64,000 bases of DNA from Trypanosoma brucei (lineage: Eukaryota), in NCBI GenBank assembly GCA_000002445.1, contig CM000207.1, forward strand, positions 896,001-960,000, given 5' to 3'. Below are positions 18,808-29,060 of this stretch, piece by piece. A model generated the notes under the pieces. That model did not search any database. It worked only from the letters and a program-made list of their open reading frames with translations, and was not told where the DNA came from. The first letter of the stretch is position 1; every line of letters begins with the position of its first letter. The translations under genes and the position numbers were made by a program.

Positions 18808-21800
18808 ATGGAGGCGATTTACTTTACTACTAAGCTGGATGAGGTTCGCAGTTATTATGAATCTGATACGAAAAGCGATGACGACATCGTTTACGCTGTT
18901 TACAGTTTAGTGAACGATGCGCACACCGTGTCAAAAATGTTATTGTTAGAGTCGCGTTTCGAAGAACTCCGACGCTGTCTCAGTGTGTGTTGGGTTGCCC
19001 TTGGGGAAGAGCATGTGAAGGAAGATGGTCGTATTGTGTTGGGTAATCTCACTGGCGAGGACCGCAGAATGATCGACTTACTCCTGCAGCGTACTCTGCT
19101 TCTGGAACAACAGACTGAGGAAGTTATCCAGAAGAATAAGGCACAGAACATTATGAGCTATACGGCAGAGGTAATCCGCAGCCAGCTTGCCACATTGACA
19201 AAAGAAAGCGGGCTGAAGAGTGGAATTGGCACTGCTAACGGTGATAACAAGGAGAGAGGACAGGGTGAATCAAAACCTCCCGTAACCCCACCTAAAAGAG
19301 GTTCTGCCTTTGGAAGAAGCAAATTGATGAGGCGCTGGGGAGGAGAGAGGGCTACACCTCCGCTTGTGACGTACACTCGCTTTTCCAACGCTTCTTCTGG
19401 GCTGCCTTATGAAACCGTTTCATCTCTGACGGAGAGCGATGAAGGAGCGCAACCCGAAGGTAGTTCTTCCTTCTCTCACTATACTTTGAGAGACGTCTCG
19501 GCGACCGCGATTCACAGAGTCGGCAACGGAAGCTATTCATCTTCGGTGAGTGGTGGCGCCGATGTGCGGCCCGGTGCAGCAGTATGTGTCCCGAGTGAGA
19601 ACTTTGTACCACCTGTGAACTCCTCTGAGCTGTTTGGACCCAATGCGTCGACCCTCGGCAGAGATCAGCGGGGAATTTGTAGCGGATTGGCCGAGGCATC
19701 AGCGGGCCCATCTCGGTCACCTTCAGAAAAGTCCTCCAGCTTTAGTTCGTATACCTCTGCCCTGTCGGACGTCTGGGCCGCGGACACGGGAAAGCGTATC
19801 GCTCGGACGGCAACGGCAATGAGAGTGGCAGTAGAAGAGCAGTACTTTCCTGCTGGGGTGGTTGAAGGTTTAGACAATGCAATACTTTCTGAGGTAAAAC
19901 AGGATTCTGTGAAGGGGCCACCAGAGATCCCACCGCGCTTGTCGCATACTTTGACTTGCGGTGCCTTGGTGGGACAACAGGATCACACAAAACGGAAAAG
20001 TGATGCAGCGACGGATGATGGGCTAGTGGCTTTTGATGAGTCTGTGAGTGGGGATGCGCCCGCCGATCCTCTGCGAGAAACTATGGAAACAGCGGATCAG
20101 CATGTTGAAACTGTGCCGTGTCTCCCACCGATGCAAAATGATGTCTCTCCTGGGTCATCGCAGGGATCCGTGGAACTATGCAGCGGGCAGCGGAATGATA
20201 CTCAGAGCACGAGTGGTTTTCTTCCCATGCTGACACTATGCCCGAAACTGTCCTCTGAAGCGAAAGCACATGTGGCCAAGGTGTGTAAGGAATACAAGGA
20301 AAAAATGATGGATGTTAATTTGTCCATGGAGGCCATGCGCCGTAAAACGGAGGAACAGAAACAGCTCTTAAATCCAAAGGATAAGTTTGTTCTCAAGGCA
20401 ACAAACGAGTGGATGAGAATGCAAAAAACACCGACTACGTCGCCAGGGGCCGCTGTCGAACCCTCGGTCGCAGGGCAGTCGGACTTGCCCACACCCTCAA
20501 AGGGGCCCGCCGAAGTTGCGTATAAGCAAGCTTGTTTGTCCGTTGGTCAAAGACTCCAGACCTCTCATACATGGAGAAGGAGGAGCAGCAGGATGCCAAG
20601 CTGCAGAACTGTCGAAAGCTTCGCAACTGATGAAAGTTTTTTCTCGCAAACAAACACTTTTGAATACCCCACCACTTCAAGCGCATCTCATACCGGGGTT
20701 GGTCCGTTGAATGGTATACGGGGTTCCGCGGGTAAAGCGGCCACTGATGAGACCCGCGAAAACGTCAGCCAAACAGATGGAGCGAAGGCCAGGTCATCGC
20801 CAACTCCGCGACGGAAGATTGCAGGGGTGAGGCTTACCGACGCACAGCATCAACTTAAGCGGCTGCGCTTGTTGAGTGACGAACCCTTTCCCGAGGTTCA
20901 CCGCATGGTAATTGAGCGTGCGGAGAAGATCGTGGATTTGGAACAAGGTGGTCTCAGCATTGGACGGCTGCGCTCACATCCACGTAGTTCACACAGAGAG
21001 GGGCTGCCATCCAATACTGAGAATTTTCCCGGCCTCTCTTTATCATCGGTTCAGACAAACTCTCTAACAAGGTATGGGCACGTGTTATCTTCTTTACCAT
21101 CGGGTAATATGCACCCTGGAACAGGGAGTAGTGAGCATCTTCCTTTGCTCTCGTGGATGAAACAAAATTGCGGCTCTCTTAGCGCAGCAGTGAGGAAAGA
21201 TGTCTTGGGCATTAGGCCCTCAAGCGGCGCAAATTTGGTGACCGTCGTCCGCAGCACCGACGCCAAGGTCACAGCTGAGGACCTTCAACCCACCATTCTG
21301 TCATCCATTGACGATCTTCACCGGCGCCCTAACTGGACCGTTCTAAACACTGCCACCTTAAGTATGTTTGCCCCGCTCCACCTAGCAGTAGTGCGGATTC
21401 AATTAGTATTGCGTCAGTTCATTGCCAAGCGCGAACTGAACGACCGCAAGCGTGCGGTAGAAGACCACCTTGCGCGCTTGGTTGTACGTGATGAATGCGC
21501 CATCGCCATACAGCGATGGGGACGCTGGTTGATATCACTACAGTTTGTTGCGGTACTGCTGTATCGAAGCAAAACCTATGAGAAGCTATCGGAGCGATCC
21601 TTAAACTGCGAGGCGCCGAGTTTTACCGATGTGTCGTACGAACTCATAAGGCGGTTCTCCGTTACAGGAAATCTGACAACGGCGTTCTTCACACCAACCC
21701 CTGAACCGAGAATCCGGAGTGGTAATCTCTCTAGAACGGGCAATCGCCGTGTAACGGTTGGCTGTCTCCCTTATTTCCCGCGCTCCACAGTGGGGCAAGC

Positions 21801-22848
21801 CCCTTTTGGCCTTCCATCCTCTTCGTGCACAACTATGTGTCAGGCGAGCGTATCTTTGTCACGAGAATCCTCACCGGTGAGGAGACAGCGGGAGATTGAT
21901 GCCTCTCGTGTAATTGTGAAGGCGTTCCGCAAGTGTAAACAAAGTAAGCTGCGTGTCTGGGAGCGGGAAATGGACAATTTTTTGCGTTTCGTCACTCGGA
22001 AAGCGAGCGCAGGTGAAACCTTCAAAGATTCCCGCTGCAAGTCGCAGCGCCAGACACAGAAGTATACTGGGGATGTTAAATGCTCGCCGCGGAGAGGTGG
22101 TCGGGCGGAAGACGCCACTCTCTTTCCAGTTTCGCCTGACCGCTTGTTGGGTGACACATACGCAGCTTGGGAGGCACGTGTCCGAAAAGCGAGGGAGGAG
22201 GGCAACTTCCTCACACCTCTCAACAGTGTGAAACTGTCCCAACTTTATTCCATCTATGAGCAGCGTCTGGAGGTTGAGGCATTGCGACGGCTGAGGGAGC
22301 TGGAGGCTCTCATAGAAGCTGAGGAAGAGCAGGTGAAGCGCGAGGAGCTAGAGCAATCATTGCAAGTGCTACAACCGTGCTTGCGGGGCTACCTCGCAAG
22401 GCGGCGTATTGCGTTCCGTTGGAAAGAACTTAAAAAGGGTAAACTTTTCTCGAATCGCCCAGCGCGACTCATCAACGTTTCTCGGAATAGAACCGCCGGT
22501 TTCCGTGGTCGTGCTGAAAGGGGAAGGACTGTCCCCTTGGAAGGAGAGTCTCTGGAGTTTGCATGTGAGGAGGAGCATCCCATTCCACCAAAAGTGGACA
22601 ATTTTATACAGCAGTCCATTAATCGCCGCAACACATTGATGATCCCAATTACAGATGAGGGGCGTACAGCCCGATTGAGGTTGGTTATAATGATGCAGAC
22701 GTGCTTGCGGCAGAAGGCAAGCCTTCTATCTGTTGCGGATCAGTATGTTACAGTTTGCGCCGTTGCAATACAGCGCTGGTGGCGCCTCATGACACTCTTG
22801 CGTAAGAGGTCCAGCGACAAAATACAAGGAGCAAATTGCGCGATTTAG
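18808..22848 (+). CDS. Conserved hypothetical protein (1346 aa) with several IQ calmodulin-binding-like motifs in the C-terminal third
   Basis: Long ATG-initiated ORF. IQ or IQ-like motifs include VLQPCLRGYLARRRIAF (LQxxxRGxxxRR, canonical), RIQLVLRQFIAKR, AIAIQRWGRWLI, VIVKAFRKCKQSK and VAIQRWWRLMTLLRKR. There is a Ser-rich low-complexity middle and no other recognised domain. Confidence 0.55.
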   Translation: MEAIYFTTKLDEVRSYYESDTKSDDDIVYAVYSLVNDAHTVSKMLLLESRFEELRRCLSVCWVALGEEHVKEDGRIVLGNLTGEDRRMIDLLLQRTLLLEQQTEEVIQKNKAQNIMSYTAEVIRSQLATLTKESGLKSGIGTANGDNKERGQGESKPPVTPPKRGSAFGRSKLMRRWGGERATPPLVTYTRFSNASSGLPYETVSSLTESDEGAQPEGSSSFSHYTLRDVSATAIHRVGNGSYSSSVSGGADVRPGAAVCVPSENFVPPVNSSELFGPNASTLGRDQRGICSGLAEASAGPSRSPSEKSSSFSSYTSALSDVWAADTGKRIARTATAMRVAVEEQYFPAGVVEGLDNAILSEVKQDSVKGPPEIPPRLSHTLTCGALVGQQDHTKRKSDAATDDGLVAFDESVSGDAPADPLRETMETADQHVETVPCLPPMQNDVSPGSSQGSVELCSGQRNDTQSTSGFLPMLTLCPKLSSEAKAHVAKVCKEYKEKMMDVNLSMEAMRRKTEEQKQLLNPKDKFVLKATNEWMRMQKTPTTSPGAAVEPSVAGQSDLPTPSKGPAEVAYKQACLSVGQRLQTSHTWRRRSSRMPSCRTVESFATDESFFSQTNTFEYPTTSSASHTGVGPLNGIRGSAGKAATDETRENVSQTDGAKARSSPTPRRKIAGVRLTDAQHQLKRLRLLSDEPFPEVHRMVIERAEKIVDLEQGGLSIGRLRSHPRSSHREGLPSNTENFPGLSLSSVQTNSLTRYGHVLSSLPSGNMHPGTGSSEHLPLLSWMKQNCGSLSAAVRKDVLGIRPSSGANLVTVVRSTDAKVTAEDLQPTILSSIDDLHRRPNWTVLNTATLSMFAPLHLAVVRIQLVLRQFIAKRELNDRKRAVEDHLARLVVRDECAIAIQRWGRWLISLQFVAVLLYRSKTYEKLSERSLNCEAPSFTDVSYELIRRFSVTGNLTTAFFTPTPEPRIRSGNLSRTGNRRVTVGCLPYFPRSTVGQAPFGLPSSSCTTMCQASVSLSRESSPVRRQREIDASRVIVKAFRKCKQSKLRVWEREMDNFLRFVTRKASAGETFKDSRCKSQRQTQKYTGDVKCSPRRGGRAEDATLFPVSPDRLLGDTYAAWEARVRKAREEGNFLTPLNSVKLSQLYSIYEQRLEVEALRRLRELEALIEAEEEQVKREELEQSLQVLQPCLRGYLARRRIAFRWKELKKGKLFSNRPARLINVSRNRTAGFRGRAERGRTVPLEGESLEFACEEEHPIPPKVDNFIQQSINRRNTLMIPITDEGRTARLRLVIMMQTCLRQKASLLSVADQYVTVCAVAIQRWWRLMTLLRKRSSDKIQGANCAI

Positions 22849-23316
22849 ATGCGTATGTTTTTGGTTGAGTTCGGAACAATGTTGTTTTGTATTTAGTCAT
22901 GTAAACTATTATCTCAGTGTCATTACCGATACTTCTATGATTTGCTCGTGCAGTTCAGTTACATTTACGCTATCTCGATGCTGTTTTGTGTATGTGTGCA
23001 ATCCTCAGAGTATTGTGGAGCTGTCACTTTCCCCCCTTTCACATGTGTATCTGCAGTTTGTTGTAATACTGTCATGGGTTGACTGCCCTTATTTACTTAA
23101 CTTTCAATTTCACAATACTTCTGCGTAGGAAAGACCATTGTACATCTGCTGGCGCAGTGCAAACAAGGTCACCGTAGGAGGGATTAGGGGTTGAGGGCGG
23201 CGCTTCACCTAAATTCAAAGTTTGCTCCCGTCTCTCAAACCACGTGGCGCAAAATTCCATACAGCGACGGCGGTACTCCTGCACAAGCACGAAGTGCAGC
23301 GTAATTAAACGACTCC

Positions 23317-24552
23317 ATGTTTCAAAAAGCACTTCGTCGACTGCAGCAACAGGCATCACAGAATCCACCAGTTGGTTCCGCCAATATTCCTTCACCCTAC
23401 GCAACGGAAGGTGGGCACGTCCCCATTTGGTCCATCGTAAACGGCTTCGTGCAGAAACGTAATTGGGTGTTCCGTAACCCTGAGTGGTGTGACCTTTGCA
23501 AAGAACCTGTGGCATTGTGGGTGAACCATCACGGTCGTAAGGACCACGCCTTAATGGACATGCACTATACACAAATGATGGAATATCCGAGGCGGTGGAA
23601 CCCCGAGGAAGTTCTCGTGGCATTTTTTGACGAACTACAACTCCCCGTAGAAACGTATCAGCGTAGCTATACATGTTACGAACGTGCCCATAGGAATGAG
23701 CTTTACTCCATGCTTGTGGAGTTGGAGGAGGCCAAAATGCTTTACTTTGGGGAGCCGCGAAACACTTACCTTCACCGAATGCAAGGTGGTTTGCGTGGTA
23801 TGGACCATCAGGGTGCACTTGTGCTGCACCGCTACATCCTAGGCCCCTTCATGCGGCTATACCCCAATGCTCACATACAGGACTTCTCAAACCTCGTGGA
23901 CTTTGTAACCTGCGCGTACAATATGGAAACTGTTTACGATTTGTGTGGTTTCTACACACTTGATAAAGTAGCATTAAAGGCCGACTATAAACCGAGCTCA
24001 CCGGCAGCTTTGGGGTTAGGAGGAATCGCCGTACACTCCTCCCCTTCGCATGGATTTGTTCAGAACGCGGCAGAGTCCCAGCAGCAGTCGAGGCGAGCGA
24101 GTTCAACCGCTTCAACGGGGTCTCGTAGTGCTGCGGACATGGATGAAGAGGCTTTTTCACGTAAGGCTGTTTTTGTTAGGCAGTTGTTAGGTCAACTGCG
24201 ATGGTTGACACTTCCATGTGAAGAGCATCCGGCAGGTTGTAAATTCCCCCAACACCTGATGCTCTTGGGTGAGATTTGCCTCAAGTATCTTGTGGTGGAG
24301 ATAATAGCGGCACGCCTGTGTGAATATATGGTGCGAGTGGAGCCGGTGTGGCGTGACCATGGTTACGAGCGGGTCAAACTCAACGTTGATAAAATCATGA
24401 AACAGGGAAGGGATATATTACCCGAGCCAATAAAGTACTTTTACCGACCAATGTCACCCAATATGGATGACTTGTACAGTACCAAAGTAGGCGTGTTGGA
24501 TGAGGCACTGGAAAAGGCTGCGGTTACTCAATCACTCTCTAAAGGTGTGTAG
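23317..24552 (+). CDS. Conserved hypothetical protein (411 aa) with a single U1/matrin-type C2H2 zinc-finger-like motif
   Basis: ATG-initiated ORF downstream of a pyrimidine-rich tract (about 22990-23128). The motif CDLCKEPVALWVNHHGRKDH fits CX2CX9HX5H. The exact start is uncertain because an overlapping 72-aa uORF begins at 23244. Confidence 0.5.
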   Translation: MFQKALRRLQQQASQNPPVGSANIPSPYATEGGHVPIWSIVNGFVQKRNWVFRNPEWCDLCKEPVALWVNHHGRKDHALMDMHYTQMMEYPRRWNPEEVLVAFFDELQLPVETYQRSYTCYERAHRNELYSMLVELEEAKMLYFGEPRNTYLHRMQGGLRGMDHQGALVLHRYILGPFMRLYPNAHIQDFSNLVDFVTCAYNMETVYDLCGFYTLDKVALKADYKPSSPAALGLGGIAVHSSPSHGFVQNAAESQQQSRRASSTASTGSRSAADMDEEAFSRKAVFVRQLLGQLRWLTLPCEEHPAGCKFPQHLMLLGEICLKYLVVEIIAARLCEYMVRVEPVWRDHGYERVKLNVDKIMKQGRDILPEPIKYFYRPMSPNMDDLYSTKVGVLDEALEKAAVTQSLSKGV

Positions 24553-24694
24553 GCGTCGAGTGATTGTGTGTGTGTGTGTGTTTGTGTAGTATCGTGGTTA
24601 TGTGGGTTATACACTGAGTCAGTGCTTACTGGGGCCGGTCGCAGTAGGTATCAGCAAAAGCCACTAACTGAAACTACTCCGCAAGCCCGAAGCT

Positions 24695-24890
24695 GTCGTC
24701 GTTGTTGTTTTATTTACCATCACTTTCTGTGAATGGAGTGTTGTTTCTCACCCTGTTGTTATTGTTGCATATGATTTGTACCATCGCCGTTTTCAACATT
24801 TTCGTTTCTTTGTTTTTGATGCAGCCGTGTTTGTCAACTCTTCTTCTCATCCTTGTGTCCTATAATTTTTTTCTTTTTACATCGCAACTG
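24695..24890 (+). promoter_or_regulatory. Extended polypyrimidine region upstream of UFC1 (SL-addition and polyadenylation signal zone)
   Basis: About 200 nt with more than 80% pyrimidine (gtcgtcgttgttgttttatttaccatc...tttttttctttttacatcgcaactgccag). The first downstream ATG in the UFC1 frame is 24945. Confidence 0.5.
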
Positions 24891-24944
24891 CCAGGAGGCA
24901 GAATAATACAGTCGCTGCCTTGAAGGTTGAGAGGGGACAGACGA

Positions 24945-25442
24945 ATGGATCCGGCGGTTAGGGAAAGCGTTTCGCGTATTCCACTGCTCAAAACTAAAGC
25001 TGGTCCTCGTGATGGGGAACAATGGACGCAACGACTAAAGGAAGAGTATACTTCTCTTATTCAGTTCGTGGAGAACAATAAAGCGAGTGATAACCATTGG
25101 TTTAAGCTCGAGAGCAATGAGGCAGGAACCCGGTGGTACGGGACATGCTGGACGTACTATAAGAATGAAAGATATGAGTTTAATATGAACTTTGACCTCG
25201 CTGTAACATACCCTCAAGCACCACCAGAGATTGCTTTACCAGAACTGGAGGGTAAAACAGTGAAAATGTACCGTGGTGGTAAAATTTGCATGACGACGCA
25301 CTTTTTCCCACTATGGGCTCGGAATGTCCCTTATTTTGGCATCAGTCATGCACTCGCATTAGGATTGGGTCCGTGGTTATCCATTGAGGTACCGGCGATG
25401 GTGGAGGATGGGGTTCTTAAACCCAAAAAAGTGGAAAGTTAG
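24945..25442 (+). CDS. UFC1: Ufm1-conjugating enzyme 1 (UFC1, E2 of the Ufm1 pathway)
   Basis: From the first ATG: [69 protein letters not shown]...[39 protein letters not shown]. This aligns nearly residue-for-residue with human UFC1 ([61 protein letters not shown]...[39 protein letters not shown]). The ORF-track start at 24927 is a TTG artefact. Confidence 0.85.
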   Translation: MDPAVRESVSRIPLLKTKAGPRDGEQWTQRLKEEYTSLIQFVENNKASDNHWFKLESNEAGTRWYGTCWTYYKNERYEFNMNFDLAVTYPQAPPEIALPELEGKTVKMYRGGKICMTTHFFPLWARNVPYFGISHALALGLGPWLSIEVPAMVEDGVLKPKKVES

Positions 25443-26215
25443 TAGTTGTGCGGGAAGAGGAAAGTGAAGGGATGGCTCCAATTTTTTTCGTGTGTGGTTT
25501 ACGTGCCTGAAGTGCGTTTTTTCTTCCCCCCCCTTTGATTTTACGCTCATTTAGTTTTCATTTTTATATAGAGGGTAGTGCCATTCACATGAGTGTGGGG
25601 GCAAGGCCGACAACTGGGAGCGGACGGCACCGCACACAAAATGACTGGCTTCTCGTCCTTCCTCCTGTTTTCTTTTTCCATCAGCCCGCGGCGTTCTTCT
25701 TTTCTTTTTTTCCCATTGCAGTTTTGATCTATTCTAACTGCTGCTCGTGCCGTTGCCTGCATACAACCTCAATTCTCCACGTGTTTACACACTTAACTTT
25801 CTGTCAGTAAAAATATTTTTTCAAATTTCTTTCTTTGCTTCTGCTGCGAGTGAAACGAACAAAAAAAATGGACAAATATTTCGAATGCACTTGTTTCCTC
25901 CTCTTTTCCACACTTCTATTAAGTTGCGGTCACCTCTCCCTCATCCTCCACCGGCTCTGCGCGGGACTGACAAGGGGGGAACGGCGCCGCAAGAAAAAGT
26001 AATAATAATAATAATAGTGAAAGTGTATATCAAAAAGTGTGTTGGGAAAAAGAAGAGGGGCCAAAAAAAAAAAGCGTGAGCCACAACAGAATCAGTCAGG
26101 AGTTGCACCTGGTAGAGGGTCGTAAATATTGGCACCAAAATTAAACAGCACGGGGGAAGAAGAACAAGGAAAATAACTAGTTATTCAGCCCAAATATTTG
26201 TTTTCTTCGATTGTA

Positions 26216-28570
26216 ATGGTGAATGGTCTCCCACCGGCATTTCAGCAAACACACTATTCTTCTGACGATATTTTTGCCTTCCTGAGGACTGCTTCACCGG
26301 TGCAGAGTTCATGTGAAATACTTTTCCCTGAAGAAGTTTGGGTACAACAGGAGTTGCAGTTCTATGAGGACTCCTATACGGAACAGCAGGACCTTAGAAC
26401 ATGCATTGTTACTTTTAATGTTGCAAGTAAGAAACCACCTCAAAATTTAGCTTCGCTTATTGCACTCACCATGCCGGGTGCAGGTGGTGAGCCTGTGGAT
26501 CTCATTATGGTGAGCCTTCAAGAAGTTGACATGAGCGCCTCGGCTATGCTGAAGGATGAGACAGACGCTTCGGTAGTGTGGGTGAGTGCACTCCAAGCGG
26601 TAATTGGCGCTGACTCGCAAGCAGCCGGCGAATCTCCTTACTTTGCGTTTCCTCCCAAACAACTTGTTGGCTTACTACTCTGCGTATTCATTCGCCGCTC
26701 TTTGCTGCCGCATGCGCAGAAGATGGCCATCACAACGGTGGCGACAGGGGCACTGGGGACCATGGGAAACAAAGGTGCAGTGGGGCTCCACCTCGGGCTC
26801 TGCCGCTCTAATTTATGTTTCATTAATATGCATCTTGCGGCGGGGCAAAAGAACGTGGTGAAGCGCAACAACGACGTTAGCAAGATATTTATGGGCATGG
26901 ACTTCAACACCACGAAACGACCCATTTCGTTGGAAACCCGAGGGGGTAACAGCGCGCAATCGGAGTTGCAGTTTCAGTATCCGGAGTTTTTGCCCCACAA
27001 TAACGACGTCATTGTTGTTGCGGGTGACCTTAACTATCGGGTGAATCTGACTTACAGGGAGTCGTTGCAGTTGGCAATGAAAAAAGATTATGCGACTCTG
27101 CTGAAACATGATGAGTTTGTGAAAGAACTTGCGAACACGCATTCACCGTGGATGGGTTTCGTCGAGCTGACCCCCACGTACCCACCTACGTACCGCTATG
27201 ACATTGGTACGAATAATTACGACACAAGTGAAAAGCAACGGGTACCGAGTTACACTGACCGAATAGCAATCTGGACGAGACGGAGGGACCATCAGAGCTC
27301 TATTCGTTTGGAACGACTTCAAGCATTGACAGACGTTATGAGCAGCGACCACAAACCGGTTCAGGCGTGCCTGTGCCTTCCCATAAGCCGTGAGGTGTTG
27401 GAGAAGAAGATTTCAGTCACACAAAGTCTGCGCGACAGCGTCAAGAGAGAGGGGTTGGACCGTATTAGAAAAGCCAAAATATCGGTTAATTCACAAAGTC
27501 TCAATTTTGGGGTTCGCCAATTCGGCGATTGTGGGAGCCGTCAGCCACTTAAGATTACCAACGAAGGCGACTGTGTGGCCGTGATCAAGGCGTTTCGGCA
27601 GCAAGACGGAGATCCCAGCAAGGGTGCGTGGCTGCGTGTGTTTCCGTTAATCATCTTCATTCCTCCTCGTAAGGAAAAGGAGGTGATGATAGAGTGTCAA
27701 CTGGACCGCAACTCAACGGAATGGGTCAGAAACTGGAGGCCCTTTGAGGGTCGCGGCGAGGTAGAAATTACTTCTACGCTCGTGTTGTGTGTGCGTAACG
27801 GTGATATTCACTTTGTGGAGTGTCGCTGCACGGTAAGGCCAAGTGTGTTCGGAAATACCCTTGACAACATTTCACTTCTTCGCAATGAAGTGTGTGCTGC
27901 CGCCTACACGCTATGGGGCACGCCCGAGAGGAGATCTGGTGGATGCATGCCCCAAATCCCAAAAGAGTTGTGGTATCTTTGTGAGGCCATATATGAGCGC
28001 GGAGCTCAGCAACCGAACCTGTTCACTGAAAACCCTTCCACTGAAGTCTGCGATGCGATTATGAAGCATCTGAACACGCAGTGTAGACCACTCCCATCTG
28101 AGTACAACGTACAGTGCATTTCAGCATGTTTAATTTACTTTCTCCAGTCGCTGCAGGAGCCCGTTGTGCCCTACGAATTGTATGAAAAAGCCTTGGCAGT
28201 GCTAAAATCGAAGAGCGGGAATCCGTTTCAGTTTGTTCAGCAGCAGTTACCTCCCCTTCACGCGAATGTTTGGATATATGTCTGCTCTCTGATGAATTTC
28301 TTACTGCGACCTGTGAACACGTGCGGCAACGGACTTACCACCAAATTCCTAGCAAGAGTGCTTAGTGATGTGATGCTCGTTCGCCCCGAAGCTCTAACGC
28401 AAATGCCACCCAGTGTAGGTACGTGCACTCATCAGGAGGTAGCGTCAAATGCTCCCCCTAAGGGCGGGACCGCATTGCAGGCATTTCGGCAGCAACTGCA
28501 GCAAGAGAGGGAGGATGCTTTGCGCTTCGTCGAGTGTTTTCTTGTTCCACCCCCAGCCGTGATATTGTGA
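26216..28570 (+). CDS. Inositol polyphosphate 5-phosphatase, OCRL/INPP5B-like (5-phosphatase, ASH and RhoGAP-like domains)
   Basis: 5-phosphatase motifs VAGDLNYRVNL, PSYTDRIAIW and SDHKPV. A beta-sandwich ASH-like segment follows (SLNFGVRQFGDCGSRQPLKITNEGDCVAVIKA). A RhoGAP-like segment reads IPKELWYLCEAIYERGAQQPNLFTENPSTEVCDAIMKHL...CLIYFLQSLQEPVVPYELYEKAL. The first ATG is at 26216; the 26198 start is a TTG artefact. Confidence 0.8.
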   Translation: MVNGLPPAFQQTHYSSDDIFAFLRTASPVQSSCEILFPEEVWVQQELQFYEDSYTEQQDLRTCIVTFNVASKKPPQNLASLIALTMPGAGGEPVDLIMVSLQEVDMSASAMLKDETDASVVWVSALQAVIGADSQAAGESPYFAFPPKQLVGLLLCVFIRRSLLPHAQKMAITTVATGALGTMGNKGAVGLHLGLCRSNLCFINMHLAAGQKNVVKRNNDVSKIFMGMDFNTTKRPISLETRGGNSAQSELQFQYPEFLPHNNDVIVVAGDLNYRVNLTYRESLQLAMKKDYATLLKHDEFVKELANTHSPWMGFVELTPTYPPTYRYDIGTNNYDTSEKQRVPSYTDRIAIWTRRRDHQSSIRLERLQALTDVMSSDHKPVQACLCLPISREVLEKKISVTQSLRDSVKREGLDRIRKAKISVNSQSLNFGVRQFGDCGSRQPLKITNEGDCVAVIKAFRQQDGDPSKGAWLRVFPLIIFIPPRKEKEVMIECQLDRNSTEWVRNWRPFEGRGEVEITSTLVLCVRNGDIHFVECRCTVRPSVFGNTLDNISLLRNEVCAAAYTLWGTPERRSGGCMPQIPKELWYLCEAIYERGAQQPNLFTENPSTEVCDAIMKHLNTQCRPLPSEYNVQCISACLIYFLQSLQEPVVPYELYEKALAVLKSKSGNPFQFVQQQLPPLHANVWIYVCSLMNFLLRPVNTCGNGLTTKFLARVLSDVMLVRPEALTQMPPSVGTCTHQEVASNAPPKGGTALQAFRQQLQQEREDALRFVECFLVPPPAVIL

Positions 28571-28887
28571 AGGGGTTGTGTATTTGCTTTTTCTTTTTTC
28601 AAAAAAAAAATTATCAATGTTTATAATTGCGTGGTACTTGAAGTGTCTGATTTTGGGGAAGGGTTAGGGGAAAGGAACGAATATTTCATTTACCTCTTTT
28701 TGTGTTGCTTTTAGTTGTTGTTGTTGTTGTTTTTGGGGCTTACTAGCTTTACATTACCGTGTTGACTCGCCCATTTTTTTTCTTTTGCACTTTTATGGGC
28801 GTGACCGACCCAAGTCACACGCTTTTCGATGGGTGTGCCCGTTCCCCGAAGAAATGACTGGACTGTTTCCGCTTCTGCCTCTCAGTG

Positions 28888-29044
28888 CTATTTTCTTGCT
28901 CTTTCCCCATCATTCTTACATTGTTGCTGCTTTGTTCTCGATTCTTTTCCTTTTTCCCCCTTGTTGCTTCTTTTTTTTTGATGTGTGGGGGTTACATCTT
29001 CTCTTTTGTCAGCGGGAAGTCTTCTTTTTTTTCTCTTTTTTCCA
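28888..29044 (+). promoter_or_regulatory. Polypyrimidine tract plus AG trans-splicing acceptor region for RPLP2 (the same tract probably also directs polyadenylation of the upstream gene)
   Basis: An almost pure C/T run ends ...cttcttttttttctcttttttccag with the AG at 29043-29044. The RPLP2 ATG follows 16 nt later. Confidence 0.6.
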
Positions 29045-29060
29045 GAAAAACACCACAGCC

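Noticed and set aside
23093-23818. 241-aa ORF on the - strand overlapping the start of the 411-aa + strand gene
   Set aside because: It is antisense to a + strand CDS inside a strictly unidirectional transcription unit. It has no upstream pyrimidine tract or AG on its own strand and no recognisable motifs, so it is most likely a chance open frame in GC-richer coding DNA. The same reasoning rejects 10323-10856, 16537-16980, 35359-35707, 45241-45600 and the other - strand ORFs nested in genes.
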